This document shows positions 11,273 through 21,468 of a DNA stretch of 64,000 nucleotides, one piece after another (position 1 is the first letter of the stretch; the number at the start of each line of letters is the position of its first letter). The notes under the pieces are model-generated. The model made no database searches. It was not told where the DNA came from and saw nothing but the letters and a program-made list of their open reading frames with translations. A program made the position numbers and the translations under genes. The DNA lies in assembly GCA_043797975.1 (NCBI GenBank), contig JAZDPC010000073.1:6001-70000 (forward strand), read 5' to 3'. This DNA comes from Bacteroidota bacterium (lineage in GTDB: Bacteria > Bacteroidota > Bacteroidia > Bacteroidales > UBA12481).

Positions 11273-11303
11273 TTGGTATTGTCGGGAAGGATAGGATCGA
11301 TCC

Positions 11304-12722
11304 CTACGACAAGAATTCCTGCCTGAAATTTACCAGGAAGACCTTTTCGGTGGCGCGGGTGATAGCAGTATAGAGCCATCGAAGGTATTCCCGGTCAATC
11401 CTGTCTTCGGAAATAAAACCCTGGTCTACATACACATGTTTCCATTGGCCTCCCTGGGCTTTGTGGCAGGTGACCGCATAGGCGAACTTAATCTGGAGGG
11501 CATTAAAATAGGGATCTTCCCTGATTGCATCAGACTTATGCTTCTTCCCTTTCATGTACTGGTAATCCTCCGATACAGCTGAAAAGAAATTTCTCATACG
11601 GTCCCTGTCCAGAGCGGGAGATTCAGCAAAGATCGTATCCATCATCACTTTCGCATCAAACTCAATATTACGGACATCCGTAAACCTGAGCATCAGGTCC
11701 CTGAAATTCAGGTCATACAGTTCCTTTTCAGCCCGGGTTCTCACTACTTCCAGGATATCCCCATTGGCGATGAAATCGATTTCCGGGGAATCTTTCAGCC
11801 AGTAATAATTGTTTTTGACGACCATCAGGAGATCCCCGTACCGGATATCTTCCTCATACCTCAGGATCATATCGCGTATACCCTTGTTATACCGGTTTGC
11901 GAGTTTGTTGGAGCGGCATACCACCATGGTTTCCTGAATCCCAACCGTACTATAACTGCGTTCAAGTTCCTCCATCAGCGCATCGCCCCGGATGGGGATG
12001 AAATCGTTAAACTTCCCCGACACCAGCTCCGGAAATCCTCGCTGATCCTCCTTCTGATTAAGCCTCTGACGTAATTTTGTTGCATTGTAAAGAATGCCGG
12101 AGTCCTGTGCCTGCCTGACAACCTCCTGCAAACAATGCTCCTCTACCGGGAGACTATAGCGGGTAAGGTAATTCAGGTTGAGGGCATCACTCTGGTCAAA
12201 ACCAACCGGTGGCAACTGGGCATCGTCACCGATCAGGATCAGCTTGCATCCCTGGCCGCTATACACATAAGATATCAGGTCATCGAGCAGATGTCCCGAA
12301 CCGAAAGGAGATAATTCCAAAGACTGGTTACTGATCATCGAGGCTTCATCAACGATAAACAGAACATTTTTATGGAGATTCCTGTCAAGGCTGAATTCGC
12401 CAAATCCCTCAACGATCTTTTTTTGCCTGTATATCTTCTTGTGTATGGTAAAAGCAGGGGATCCGGAATAGCTGCTCAGCACCTTTGCTGCTCTTCCGGT
12501 TGGTGCAAGCAATATGGATTTTAGACGATAGGCAGCCAAGGTGCGGACCAGTGAAGCCACAAGGCTCGTTTTGCCGGTACCGGCATACCCGCGGATAACG
12601 AAGATCCTGTCTCCCTTCCCTAAGACAAAATCCGGCAATGAAGCGATCAGGCGATTCTGTCCGTCTGTTGGTTCATGCCCCAGGTTTTCCCTGATTTGAA
12701 CGATTAATTGATCAGAAATCAT
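11304..12722 (-). CDS. RecD-like SF1 ATP-dependent DNA helicase
   Basis: GYAGTGKT Walker A, LAPTGRAA, VDEASM, IGDDAQLPPV, YAVTCHKAQGGQW, YTAITRA. Confidence 0.9.
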   Translation of the reverse strand: MISDQLIVQIRENLGHEPTDGQNRLIASLPDFVLGKGDRIFVIRGYAGTGKTSLVASLVRTLAAYRLKSILLAPTGRAAKVLSSYSGSPAFTIHKKIYRQKKIVEGFGEFSLDRNLHKNVLFIVDEASMISNQSLELSPFGSGHLLDDLISYVYSGQGCKLILIGDDAQLPPVGFDQSDALNLNYLTRYSLPVEEHCLQEVVRQAQDSGILYNATKLRQRLNQKEDQRGFPELVSGKFNDFIPIRGDALMEELERSYSTVGIQETMVVCRSNKLANRYNKGIRDMILRYEEDIRYGDLLMVVKNNYYWLKDSPEIDFIANGDILEVVRTRAEKELYDLNFRDLMLRFTDVRNIEFDAKVMMDTIFAESPALDRDRMRNFFSAVSEDYQYMKGKKHKSDAIREDPYFNALQIKFAYAVTCHKAQGGQWKHVYVDQGFISEDRIDREYLRWLYTAITRATEKVFLVNFRQEFLS

Positions 12723-12768
12723 TTCGAAGAAAAAGATAGTCTTCAGCCCCGTTGTGTGAATTTTGTAT

Positions 12769-12776
12769 TAAATTTG
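12769..12776 (+). promoter_or_regulatory. Bacteroidota -7 promoter box (TAAATTTG)
   Basis: Exact TAnnTTTG match about 27 nt before ATG 12803, which supports that start codon. Confidence 0.55.
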
Positions 12777-12802
12777 CAGTCAAACTTAATAATTCCGCAG
12801 TA

Positions 12803-13405
12803 ATGAAAACTGTCAGATACATAGTCCAGATTATTTTGGGAGGATTGATCATCATTCTTGCCTACCTGATCTACAGCGGTATCATGAAGCCAATCAATTT
12901 TGAAACCGAAAGAAAAGCCCGGAGCGAAAAAGTGGTAGAACGGCTGAAAGACATTCGTACAGCCCAGGTTGCATATAAATCTGTATATCAAAAATATACA
13001 GGGAGTTTTGACACTCTCATCAACTTTGTCAAATATGACTCTTTCCCAATTGTGTTTGCTGAAGGTAGTGAAGACGACTCGCTGGCTGTTGCCAAAGGTC
13101 TGATTGTACGTAGGACCTCCTATGTTCCTGTACTGGATTCTATCTTCCCAAAAGGATATCCGGTCGATTCCCTGTGCTTTATTCCTTTTGCAGGAAGTAA
13201 ACAATTCATTTTGCAGGCAGGCGTGATTGTAACAGCATCCAAGGTTACGGTGCAAGTCTTTGAAGCCGGTGCTTTGAACTTCGATTTTCTCAATGGTCTT
13301 GACAGACAACTGATCATCAACCTTAATGACGTTGCCAAAGATTTCAAAGGCATCCGTGTAGGAAATATTGAAGAAGCAAACAATAACGCCGGGAACTGGG
13401 AATAA
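12803..13405 (+). CDS. Conserved Bacteroidota membrane-anchored hypothetical protein
   Basis: N-terminal TM, RLKDIRTAQVAYK..YTGSFDTL and a C-terminal NNNAGNWE. Recalled as the family usually found upstream of DUF3822. Start set at ATG 12803 rather than 12752. Confidence 0.8.
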   Translation: MKTVRYIVQIILGGLIIILAYLIYSGIMKPINFETERKARSEKVVERLKDIRTAQVAYKSVYQKYTGSFDTLINFVKYDSFPIVFAEGSEDDSLAVAKGLIVRRTSYVPVLDSIFPKGYPVDSLCFIPFAGSKQFILQAGVIVTASKVTVQVFEAGALNFDFLNGLDRQLIINLNDVAKDFKGIRVGNIEEANNNAGNWE

Positions 13406-13419
13406 TCTGCCGGTTCCGG

Positions 13420-14274
13420 ATGAAAGATATCAGTTTCATCGACGAATCATTTGATTCCGGCATAACTTCAACCTATCAGCTATCGGTACAATTCGGACCC
13501 CGAACCTTTGCATATGCCATTCTTGACACGATCCGGATGAAGTACATTGCGTTCAGGAGCTCCTGGTTTGACACTCCGGTAAAACCCGAAAACCAGAGTG
13601 AACACCTGAGTCATCTTCTTCATTCGGTACCCTTTTTGCTGAGAAATTATAAATCCGTCAGATTGATGATTCAAAACAGGGGAGCTCTGCTGATACCGGA
13701 ACCTCTTTTCAATCCTGACAATGCTTCCGATTATTTTTCAGTTTCCGCTCCCCCTGCAGGAAACGAAAGAGTATTGTTCAGCAGATTACGCTCGTGTAAT
13801 GCCTGCCTGTTGTTCTGCATCCGGGAAGATATCAGGCATCAGGCCCTTGCACTACTAAATGAGGTCACGATCACACATCAGTCTGTACCCTTTATTGAAT
13901 CAGCACTTAAAACCTTCGAAATATACGGCTCTGCAGACCAGCTCCATGTTAATATCACCCCTGATTTGGCTGATCTTGTTTTGGTCAAATCGGGACGACT
14001 GATTCTATATAACAGCTATCCCCTCCGGTCCGATGCGGATCTGGCCTACTTCATTCTCAACGCTTACGATGAGTTTGACCTTTCCCAGGAAGAGACACCC
14101 CTTATAATTTCCGGATGGCCTGAGCTTTACCCCGATACAAAAAAGGTACTACCCGGATATATCCGTTCGGTCCGCTTAAAGGAATTTGACAAGGGTTATC
14201 TCTACACTCAGAAATTCACTGATGTCCACCAATATTCGTATGCCAACCTGATAAACCTGGCACTGTGCGGATAA
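13420..14274 (+). CDS. DUF3822 family protein
   Basis: YQLSVQ, LLIPEPLF and LILYNSY..DLAYFIL motifs; position upstream of rsmD. Confidence 0.75.
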   Translation: MKDISFIDESFDSGITSTYQLSVQFGPRTFAYAILDTIRMKYIAFRSSWFDTPVKPENQSEHLSHLLHSVPFLLRNYKSVRLMIQNRGALLIPEPLFNPDNASDYFSVSAPPAGNERVLFSRLRSCNACLLFCIREDIRHQALALLNEVTITHQSVPFIESALKTFEIYGSADQLHVNITPDLADLVLVKSGRLILYNSYPLRSDADLAYFILNAYDEFDLSQEETPLIISGWPELYPDTKKVLPGYIRSVRLKEFDKGYLYTQKFTDVHQYSYANLINLALCG

Positions 14275-14798
14275 CAAACGGACCCCTTAGCGGAAGAAGG
14301 CCTCTAATACCTAAAAACCTTAAGGCCCGCCCAACCACCGACATGGCCCGTGAAGCCTTGTTCAACATACTCCGGAACCGTATTGATTTTGAATCAGTCA
14401 GAGTACTGGACCTTTTTTCCGGTACAGGCAGTATCAGCTATGAGTTTGCATCACTTGGCTGCCCATACATTCTGGCTGTCGAATGGGATCGCTTCCATTG
14501 CGAAGCCATCCGGAAAAACCTGAAGCTTCTTGATATCCAGACTATTCAGCTTTTTCAGACTGATGTCTTCTCATTCCTGACGCGCAGCCGGGATTCCTTT
14601 GACCTGATTTTTGCCGATCCTCCCTACGATCACAAGCACCTAGCCGACCTGCCCGAACTGATTTTTGAAGGCTCACTTCTAAAGCCGGAGGGCATGTTTA
14701 TTCTGGAGCATGGACCCGATCTATCGTTCGCAGATCATGAAAAATGGAAAGAAACAAGGATTTATGGTAAAGTCCATTTTACATTCTTTTCCTATTAA
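14265..14798 (+). CDS. rsmD: 16S rRNA m2G966 methyltransferase RsmD family
   Basis: ARPTTDMAREALFNIL, LDLFSGTGS, FADPPY, LEH. GTG start overlaps the upstream gene. Confidence 0.9.
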   Translation: MRITNGPLSGRRPLIPKNLKARPTTDMAREALFNILRNRIDFESVRVLDLFSGTGSISYEFASLGCPYILAVEWDRFHCEAIRKNLKLLDIQTIQLFQTDVFSFLTRSRDSFDLIFADPPYDHKHLADLPELIFEGSLLKPEGMFILEHGPDLSFADHEKWKETRIYGKVHFTFFSY

Positions 14799-14841
14799 CA
14801 ACTTTTAACTTTTCACGGCATCCATTGCCGGATCCATCATA

Positions 14842-14849
14842 TACTTTTG
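14842..14849 (+). promoter_or_regulatory. Bacteroidota -7 promoter box (TACTTTTG)
   Basis: TAnnTTTG match about 23 nt upstream of ATG 14872. Confidence 0.45.
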
Positions 14850-14871
14850 TTTGGAAACTAACCTTTTAAAA

Positions 14872-16503
14872 ATGCGGTTTCGTACACTTCTTTGTCTGAC
14901 CGTTTTTCTGATTCCCAATTCCCTGAACAGCCAATCAGCATCCAAGCAACTTGGATTACAAACCATTACCCAGCAAGCCATACAAGCACAGCTTGAATTC
15001 CTGGCATCCGACTGGACCATGGGCAGGGAAACCGGAACTGAGGGCGAATTCCTGGCTTCCGATTATATTGTTTCGGTTCTTAAATCGCTGGGGCTGAAGC
15101 CGGGTGGCGACAGACGGGTAACAATCCGCACCGGTTCTCCATCCTCTTCGGGTATTGAGTCACGGTCCTGGTACCAGAACATCAATTTCATTGAGACCAG
15201 GCCCGGACTAAGGCAAGAGTGCTCTCTGATCATAAAGGAGGGTTCAGGTGTTCAGAATATCGATTTTCAATATTTGATCGATTATTCGGTCAATCCCGGA
15301 AGTTACTCCATCGACATAGAAGCACCTGTCATATTTGTAGGGTATGGAATTGATAATCCAAAGCTCAGGCACAATGATTTTAAAAATGTGAATGTCAAGG
15401 GTAAAATAGTCTTGCGGTTGTCAGGTTTCCCCGGGTGGACCGATCCTGAATCATCAAAATACAAAAAATTCACCGCTGACCCCACATTCCTGTCTACCTA
15501 TGATGCAGCCAAGAACCGCTTTGTTCTCGAGAAAGGTGCCTTAGCAGTGATTGAGATCAGAAATGGTTCGGGAGGACTGGAACCTGCGGCTTCCAACATC
15601 CCTTTCCGTTACAATACTTCAACCTATGAAGGAGACAGGCCATTTAATCAATCCGGCAGGATCAGGATGTTGCTGCCCCGAACCGGAACCTTACCAGTGC
15701 CAAGAATAAATCTTTCTGAGAGAGCGCTGAATTACCTTCTGACTCAGATGGTAGTTGATCCCATAAAGTATGAAAATGAGGCTAAAGAAGAAAAGCTGGT
15801 TCCATCGAAACAACAGGAAACCGTTTTTCTCCATCTTGTCAGTTCAGTTGATTCACGGATTGTCAGGGGCCGCAACATAATCGGGATACTCGAAGGAAAA
15901 GATCCATCAAGCCAGATTGTTCTCGGAGCCCACTTTGATCATGTAGGACAGAACCAGGGTTTTATTTATAATGGTTCCGATGATGACGCCTCCGGATCCG
16001 TTGGGATCATGACCATCGCGAGAGCAATGGTTGCTACCGGAACCAAGCCCCGGAACACGATAATATTCTGCTTATGGACGGCCGAAGAAAAAGGGCTGCT
16101 GGGTTCAGAATATTTCGTCAGCAAGGCTGACAAGGATAAGATCAGGTGCTATCTGAATCTGGATATGATCAGCCGGACAGAGCTTACCGATTCAACGGGA
16201 CGCAAATGTGATTACAACTATACATCAGACCTTCCGCTTCTCCGCGAGTTGGCCGAAACTCATATCAGGGAAAATAATCTTGCCCTCGACGTAACATGGC
16301 AGACCTCTGCACAACCGATGGGAGGATCAGACTTTAGTTCTTTTTCGGCTGAGAACATCCCGATCTTCCTGATCCACGGCAAATTTACTCCTGATTATCA
16401 TCAATATACTGATCACGCCGACAAGGCAAACCTTGCATACATGACCGATATCGTCAAACTCGGTTATCTGAACATTTTTGAATTAGCTAACATAAAATGG
16501 TAA
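14872..16503 (+). CDS. Secreted M28 family metallopeptidase with PA domain (paralog 1)
   Basis: Signal peptide; FLASD..GRETG; GAHFDH, NGSDDDASG, TAEEKGL, NLDMI, DYH zinc-ligand motifs. Likely start is ATG 14872. Confidence 0.9.
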   Translation: MRFRTLLCLTVFLIPNSLNSQSASKQLGLQTITQQAIQAQLEFLASDWTMGRETGTEGEFLASDYIVSVLKSLGLKPGGDRRVTIRTGSPSSSGIESRSWYQNINFIETRPGLRQECSLIIKEGSGVQNIDFQYLIDYSVNPGSYSIDIEAPVIFVGYGIDNPKLRHNDFKNVNVKGKIVLRLSGFPGWTDPESSKYKKFTADPTFLSTYDAAKNRFVLEKGALAVIEIRNGSGGLEPAASNIPFRYNTSTYEGDRPFNQSGRIRMLLPRTGTLPVPRINLSERALNYLLTQMVVDPIKYENEAKEEKLVPSKQQETVFLHLVSSVDSRIVRGRNIIGILEGKDPSSQIVLGAHFDHVGQNQGFIYNGSDDDASGSVGIMTIARAMVATGTKPRNTIIFCLWTAEEKGLLGSEYFVSKADKDKIRCYLNLDMISRTELTDSTGRKCDYNYTSDLPLLRELAETHIRENNLALDVTWQTSAQPMGGSDFSSFSAENIPIFLIHGKFTPDYHQYTDHADKANLAYMTDIVKLGYLNIFELANIKW

Positions 16504-16519
16504 CCATTAAACAAATCAT

Positions 16520-18235
16520 ATGAAAAACTCCTTACGTTTCTTTTTGATTGCCGGGCTTATGCTGGCAGGTACTCTGCCTCAATATGCACAAGACTCAGGG
16601 CGGGACAAGGGCCTACAGGCTATAACCAAAGAGGTTATCCAGGGGCAGCTCGAATTTCTGGCTTCCGATTGGACCGACGGCCGGGAAGCTGGTACAAAGG
16701 GTGAATACATTGCTTCTGATTACATAGCAAGCATGTTCAAGCTCTACGGATTGCTGCCTGGTGGCGATGCCGAGCAGCAAAGCTTCGGCAGACGCGGACA
16801 ACGGCCTACAGGAGGCACTCCGGGCCAGCAGCCGCAGCGTCCTGAACCGAAAAAGACCTATTTCCAGAATTTCAACCTCGTCGAATCATCAGCCGGCCCG
16901 GTTCAGGAAATGAGCATCATAACCAAATCCGGCTCAACGGTTCGTTCGGTGAATTTCGACTATCAAACCGACTTCTCCGTTAATCCGGGCCAGGTTGGTA
17001 TGGAGATAGAGGTGCCGATTGTTTTCATTGGCTATGGACTATCGGATGAAAAGAAAGGTTATGATGATTTTAAAGGGATGGATATCAAAGGGAAATTCCT
17101 GATCAAACTTTCGGGTTTCCCGGGTTCCAAGGACCCCACATCCAAAACGTATGAGAAATTCAAACCGGAAGTACCAGCCCAACAGCCAAATGACATGGAG
17201 AGAATGTTCGCACGCATGAGGCAGCCCGGAGGCATGTTTTCCTGGGCGGTGGAACGTGACGCTGTAGGTGTTATAGAATACCGGCCCGGCACGGATCCGA
17301 CTTCTCAATGGGTGGCAAATTACCCTTTCCGGTATAACACCACAACCTATGAAGGAGATGTTCCCCAAAACAGGAACAGAAAATCCATGAGCCTGATGAA
17401 GGATAATATGGATGCCAACTTGATAAACCTCACGATCACGGACCGGGTTCTGAATGAAATCCTTAATGGATCAGGTGTTGATATTGGCGCTCTTGAAAAG
17501 CAGATTGCTGAAACCGGAAAACCGGCATCACGCGAACTGACCGGGAAATTTATCAGGGTAAAAACAACGGTGGAATCACGAATCGTTAAAGTACGTAACG
17601 TGATCGGCGTTCTCGAAGGTAAAAACACTGAAGAAATTATTGTCATCGGTGGTCATTACGATCATATGGGCAACCAGAATGGATTCATTTATAACGGTGC
17701 CGATGATAATGCCTCGGGAACCGTTGGCGTCATGACTATTGCCAAGGCGATGGTCGCCAGCGGGGTCAAGCCGGAAAAGACTATCGTTTTTGCAGCCTGG
17801 ACGGCCGAAGAGAAAGGGCTTATTGGATCTGCCTATTTTGTGGCTCATCCCTATAAGGGAAAAGTCCTTTGCTATCTGAACTATGACATGATCTCAAGGA
17901 ACAGTCCCGGCGAAAATGAGGATAAAAAAATCAGCGTCAACTATTCCACTAACTTCCCGAAATCCAAGGAACTGGTTGAGAAATACAATACTGAAATGAG
18001 TTATGGCATGGAAGTCAGCTTCAGGGAAACAGAACCAGGCCGTCGCGGTGGAGGAAGTGATCATTCACCCTTTAATGAAAAGAGTATCCCATTTTATTAC
18101 TTTATGGCCGGTATGCCTGCCGAGTATCATCAATTTACCGACCATGTTGACCTGGTAAATTGGGATAAAATGTTAAAAATCATCCAATTAGGATATCTAA
18201 GCATCTATGATTTGGCACAGATGCCCTGGAATTAG
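16520..18235 (+). CDS. Secreted M28 family metallopeptidase with PA domain (paralog 2)
   Basis: Signal peptide; GGHYDH, NGADDNASG, TAEEKGL, NYDMI, GSDH, EYH. Confidence 0.9.
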   Translation: MKNSLRFFLIAGLMLAGTLPQYAQDSGRDKGLQAITKEVIQGQLEFLASDWTDGREAGTKGEYIASDYIASMFKLYGLLPGGDAEQQSFGRRGQRPTGGTPGQQPQRPEPKKTYFQNFNLVESSAGPVQEMSIITKSGSTVRSVNFDYQTDFSVNPGQVGMEIEVPIVFIGYGLSDEKKGYDDFKGMDIKGKFLIKLSGFPGSKDPTSKTYEKFKPEVPAQQPNDMERMFARMRQPGGMFSWAVERDAVGVIEYRPGTDPTSQWVANYPFRYNTTTYEGDVPQNRNRKSMSLMKDNMDANLINLTITDRVLNEILNGSGVDIGALEKQIAETGKPASRELTGKFIRVKTTVESRIVKVRNVIGVLEGKNTEEIIVIGGHYDHMGNQNGFIYNGADDNASGTVGVMTIAKAMVASGVKPEKTIVFAAWTAEEKGLIGSAYFVAHPYKGKVLCYLNYDMISRNSPGENEDKKISVNYSTNFPKSKELVEKYNTEMSYGMEVSFRETEPGRRGGGSDHSPFNEKSIPFYYFMAGMPAEYHQFTDHVDLVNWDKMLKIIQLGYLSIYDLAQMPWN

Positions 18236-18264
18236 GTAATTGAGGTTGCTTTTATGGGTTATTT

Positions 18265-18295
18265 AAGACCGCCTGGTTTCAGGCGGTCTTTTTTT
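18265..18295 (+). terminator. Rho-independent terminator after the M28 pair
   Basis: AAGACCGCCTG-gttt-CAGGCGGTCTT hairpin followed by a T run. Confidence 0.85.
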
Positions 18296-18319
18296 AGATA
18301 ATGATCGAATTTTGATCTT

Positions 18320-18880
18320 TTACTGATTGCCAAACCAATAGAACCGGTCGGTTTTCTGACCGGTCCTTTTGAGCCATTCAACCAGATCATCCACTTTGGC
18401 ATTAGTGTTTTCCAGGTTGGTATCGCCGTTGGAGATCAGAAAGACCCTCTCATACATGCTTTCATCAGAGTTCCAGTACCAGGCCAAAAACACTCCTGTA
18501 CCGGCATCCGCCATATAGACTCCGATGTCCTTGATCTCACCGTTCCGGATCTCTTCGATCTGGTTAAAGAATGCATTCAGGGTATCGGTATCAACGGTAC
18601 CGAACACAGTATCACACCGGTTAAGGTTGTATTCCAGATTAGCGCTGCTGATGAGGCCGGTGGAATCATACTCTTTCCATTCAGCTGGTTGCCTGAATCC
18701 GTGAATAACGCCGTCCGGGCTGATCATGAAGCCATGATGCCGGTAGCCCCAGGCATAATTTATGTACTCATACTGAAAGAGTACCGGTTGATCCTTTTCA
18801 CAATGGCATTTTTCCTTGGAACATGAGAATGATATACCGCCAAGGACTAGTGCGGCAATGTATACGCTGATTAATTTCAT
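18320..18880 (-). CDS. Hypothetical lipoprotein
   Basis: ORF 18320-18931. Likely start 18880 (MKLISVYIAALVLGGISFS-C, lipobox-like). FQYEYINYAWG and ADAG motifs. Confidence 0.7.
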   Translation of the reverse strand: MKLISVYIAALVLGGISFSCSKEKCHCEKDQPVLFQYEYINYAWGYRHHGFMISPDGVIHGFRQPAEWKEYDSTGLISSANLEYNLNRCDTVFGTVDTDTLNAFFNQIEEIRNGEIKDIGVYMADAGTGVFLAWYWNSDESMYERVFLISNGDTNLENTNAKVDDLVEWLKRTGQKTDRFYWFGNQ

Positions 18881-18927
18881 AACCTGGTTGTTTAATCGGA
18901 TCATCATGCAAAAACCTTGCCTGATAT

Positions 18928-21282
18928 TCATTTTACTTTAAGCGTTCTGACACCGAAAACCGGTCCGGCCATATGGCCATAGAAAGCTTTAAAAGTAACT
19001 GTAAGTTTTGATTTTCCTTTTGTTATCTCCGCAGGAACCGGATAATCGATATCGATCCACTGGCCTTCCCTGATACTTGAAATATTCTGCGTTGCTATTT
19101 TAGTATCGCCAACCAATATATCGAAAGTCTTGCTGCCCGGAAAACCACCCCAGTATTCAACATTAATAATGACAGGCTGATCCGGAAGCACTTTCATATC
19201 AAACGAGAACCATCCGCCTCTTGATTCGCGGTACATCCGGTCCTGAAACATATACGGCGTTGTCTTGTCGCCTTTAAAATTATGCTCTCTTTCGGGCTGC
19301 ATTTCACCGGGCTGGACAAAATCAATGGTTCGGGCCTCTATTTCAGCCTTGCGGGCCAGTTCCAGTTTGTATTCTTCCTGCTTTTTGTTCCAGGATTCGG
19401 TAGTGAAAATGTCCCAGTAAACGGTATACCGGCAATTATAAGTCTCAAAAAATGGTTTAAGCTCCACGTCTCTGGGCTTTCCTACTCCACTCAAGATGAA
19501 AGTATTGGGTTTCCCTTCAACCGGTTTGAGCCAGTCTGAAGGATTGCGGCTTTCGGTTAAGAGAACCGGCACGAAGAAAGGTGATTTTGCTTCCGGATCC
19601 TCCAATGTTCCCAGTTGTCCGGCTAACACCAATGGCCCATACATAACAGCCACCCTGGATGAATCATCCGGCATCGGTTCCAGCCGCAATGAGAATGGCA
19701 GGCTGATTTCAACTTTATCCCCTGTTTTCCACGTCCGGCTGATTGTTATGAAATCCACCGGAGAATTCTTCACCGACACCTTTTTACCGTTGATCTTAAT
19801 GTCAACACCCTGTTCAGCCCAGTAAGGAAAACGAATTTGCAGAGCCAGTTTAACCGGTTCGATACAGGTTAATCCGAGAGTGGTGCCTTGTTCATCAGGA
19901 AAATTGGTTTTCTGGATAAGCATCAATCCCTTTTCAGCCCAGGTCAGTTCCGATGCAATAAACTGACTGATAAATAATTCCTTATCATTATGATAATAAA
20001 TATTCTCTCCGTATTTAACATGGTTTTCCATACCTGTACCGATGCAGCAGGTAAAATCGAATGGATCCTGAAATTCTTTGTAGCCTCCCATTTTGAGCGA
20101 CAGGTTATAAACCACATGGCCATCTTCCGGGTTCAGGGTCGACAGGATATGATTAAACAATGCCCTTTCATAAAAATCAGCAGCAGCAGCCTGGGCATCC
20201 CATTCAAAAATATGTTGTGTCAGTTTGAGCATGTTATAGACATTGCAAGACTCGGTGGTACCCTGCCCCAGCCTCTTGCTGAGGGTATCCGGTTTCCCGA
20301 AATATTCGTCGTTGCCGTTCCCTCCTGATACATAGCTATGATGATTGACTACCCTGTCCCAGAAAAACTCAGCAGCCTTACGGGCGGCTGAATCGCCTGT
20401 GAGCTCAAAAATCCGTGCCTGACCGATCACTTTCGGTATGTTGGTATTGCAATGGCGGTTAGGAAGGATATCGATTCCCTTGGCCAAAGAGTCAATGACG
20501 GCTTTGTGATGGAATTTCCTGGCCATATCCATGTACCGGGAATCTTCGCTATCCGCAGAAAGATCAGCCAGTACTTCGCTGATCCCGCCCTGTTCGCAAC
20601 GCATCATCAACTGCATTTGCTCATCATTGAGGCCGGAAATGATCATACCTGTCCAGTCGCCCAACTTCTTCTCTACTTCCAGTGCTTTTGTCACTCCGCA
20701 AAGCCTGTATGCATCGCGTAAACCGGCCATGTCTTTATGAATCGTATACCAGGGAACCCAGATTCCGTTCAGATCGAAACCCTGTGAACGGATATTCCCT
20801 TTGGCAACCTCTTCCTCCATAATCTTCTTTCCGTTCGGGAAGGCTCCGATATACCCGTTCTGATTGGTCTCCTGTACCACGGCCAATTCATCAACGATAT
20901 AATTAATCCTCTCGATAAAGCGCTGGTCGCCAGTGGTTTTGTAAGCCATGGCAATGGCACTCAGGTAATGGCCAAGGCTGTGACCGGCAATGGTTGCATC
21001 CTCCCAACCTTTATAATGTTCGGCTTTGGGTTTCAATCCGGCTTCCGATCTGAACTTAGCCAGCAGCTTATCAGGCTCGTAGTTCAGCAGTGTTTGGATG
21101 TCCATATCCATAGCATGTTTAAAAGGCCCGTCAAGCAACTTGACCTGATCCAGTCCGAATGTTGTTACCCGAAAAGGAACGGCTTCATTTTTCCCCTGAT
21201 AAGCTCCTTTCGGTGCAGAGTTGCATCCCCATAAGAATAAACCTGCCAACATGATCATTGGCGTTATAAGTTTTGTTTTCAT
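18928..21282 (-). CDS. GH127/GH146 beta-L-arabinofuranosidase-family glycoside hydrolase (lipoprotein)
   Basis: GHSLGHYLSA, WVPWYTIHK, HCNTNIPKVIG, TESCNVYNMLKL and FTCCIGTG Zn/Cys motifs; lipobox LWGC. Confidence 0.88.
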   Translation of the reverse strand: MKTKLITPMIMLAGLFLWGCNSAPKGAYQGKNEAVPFRVTTFGLDQVKLLDGPFKHAMDMDIQTLLNYEPDKLLAKFRSEAGLKPKAEHYKGWEDATIAGHSLGHYLSAIAMAYKTTGDQRFIERINYIVDELAVVQETNQNGYIGAFPNGKKIMEEEVAKGNIRSQGFDLNGIWVPWYTIHKDMAGLRDAYRLCGVTKALEVEKKLGDWTGMIISGLNDEQMQLMMRCEQGGISEVLADLSADSEDSRYMDMARKFHHKAVIDSLAKGIDILPNRHCNTNIPKVIGQARIFELTGDSAARKAAEFFWDRVVNHHSYVSGGNGNDEYFGKPDTLSKRLGQGTTESCNVYNMLKLTQHIFEWDAQAAAADFYERALFNHILSTLNPEDGHVVYNLSLKMGGYKEFQDPFDFTCCIGTGMENHVKYGENIYYHNDKELFISQFIASELTWAEKGLMLIQKTNFPDEQGTTLGLTCIEPVKLALQIRFPYWAEQGVDIKINGKKVSVKNSPVDFITISRTWKTGDKVEISLPFSLRLEPMPDDSSRVAVMYGPLVLAGQLGTLEDPEAKSPFFVPVLLTESRNPSDWLKPVEGKPNTFILSGVGKPRDVELKPFFETYNCRYTVYWDIFTTESWNKKQEEYKLELARKAEIEARTIDFVQPGEMQPEREHNFKGDKTTPYMFQDRMYRESRGGWFSFDMKVLPDQPVIINVEYWGGFPGSKTFDILVGDTKIATQNISSIREGQWIDIDYPVPAEITKGKSKLTVTFKAFYGHMAGPVFGVRTLKVK

Positions 21283-21468
21283 ATCATGAACCGGGTTTAA
21301 GGTTTTGTCCTTAGTATAATTATAATTGTAAAATTAACACTTATTAGAATTTATTCGACAGGATTGTCACTTTTAATGTTTTTTAACCATAATTTGATCA
21401 GATGCTAAAGCGGCTTGCTTACTTTTATCGAACAAAAATTAGTTGCTAAATCAATTTACCATCCCTAT

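Noticed and set aside
12743-13309. Long antisense ORFs (12743..13309 -, also 27488..28036 +, 48430..48993 +, 53781..54290 +)
   Set aside because: Each lies almost entirely opposite a well-supported gene and has no recognisable motifs.
11304-14798. RecD-like helicase, DUF3822 and methyltransferase as a defence system
   Set aside because: The methyltransferase is RsmD-type (rRNA), and this arrangement is a familiar conserved Bacteroidota core locus.
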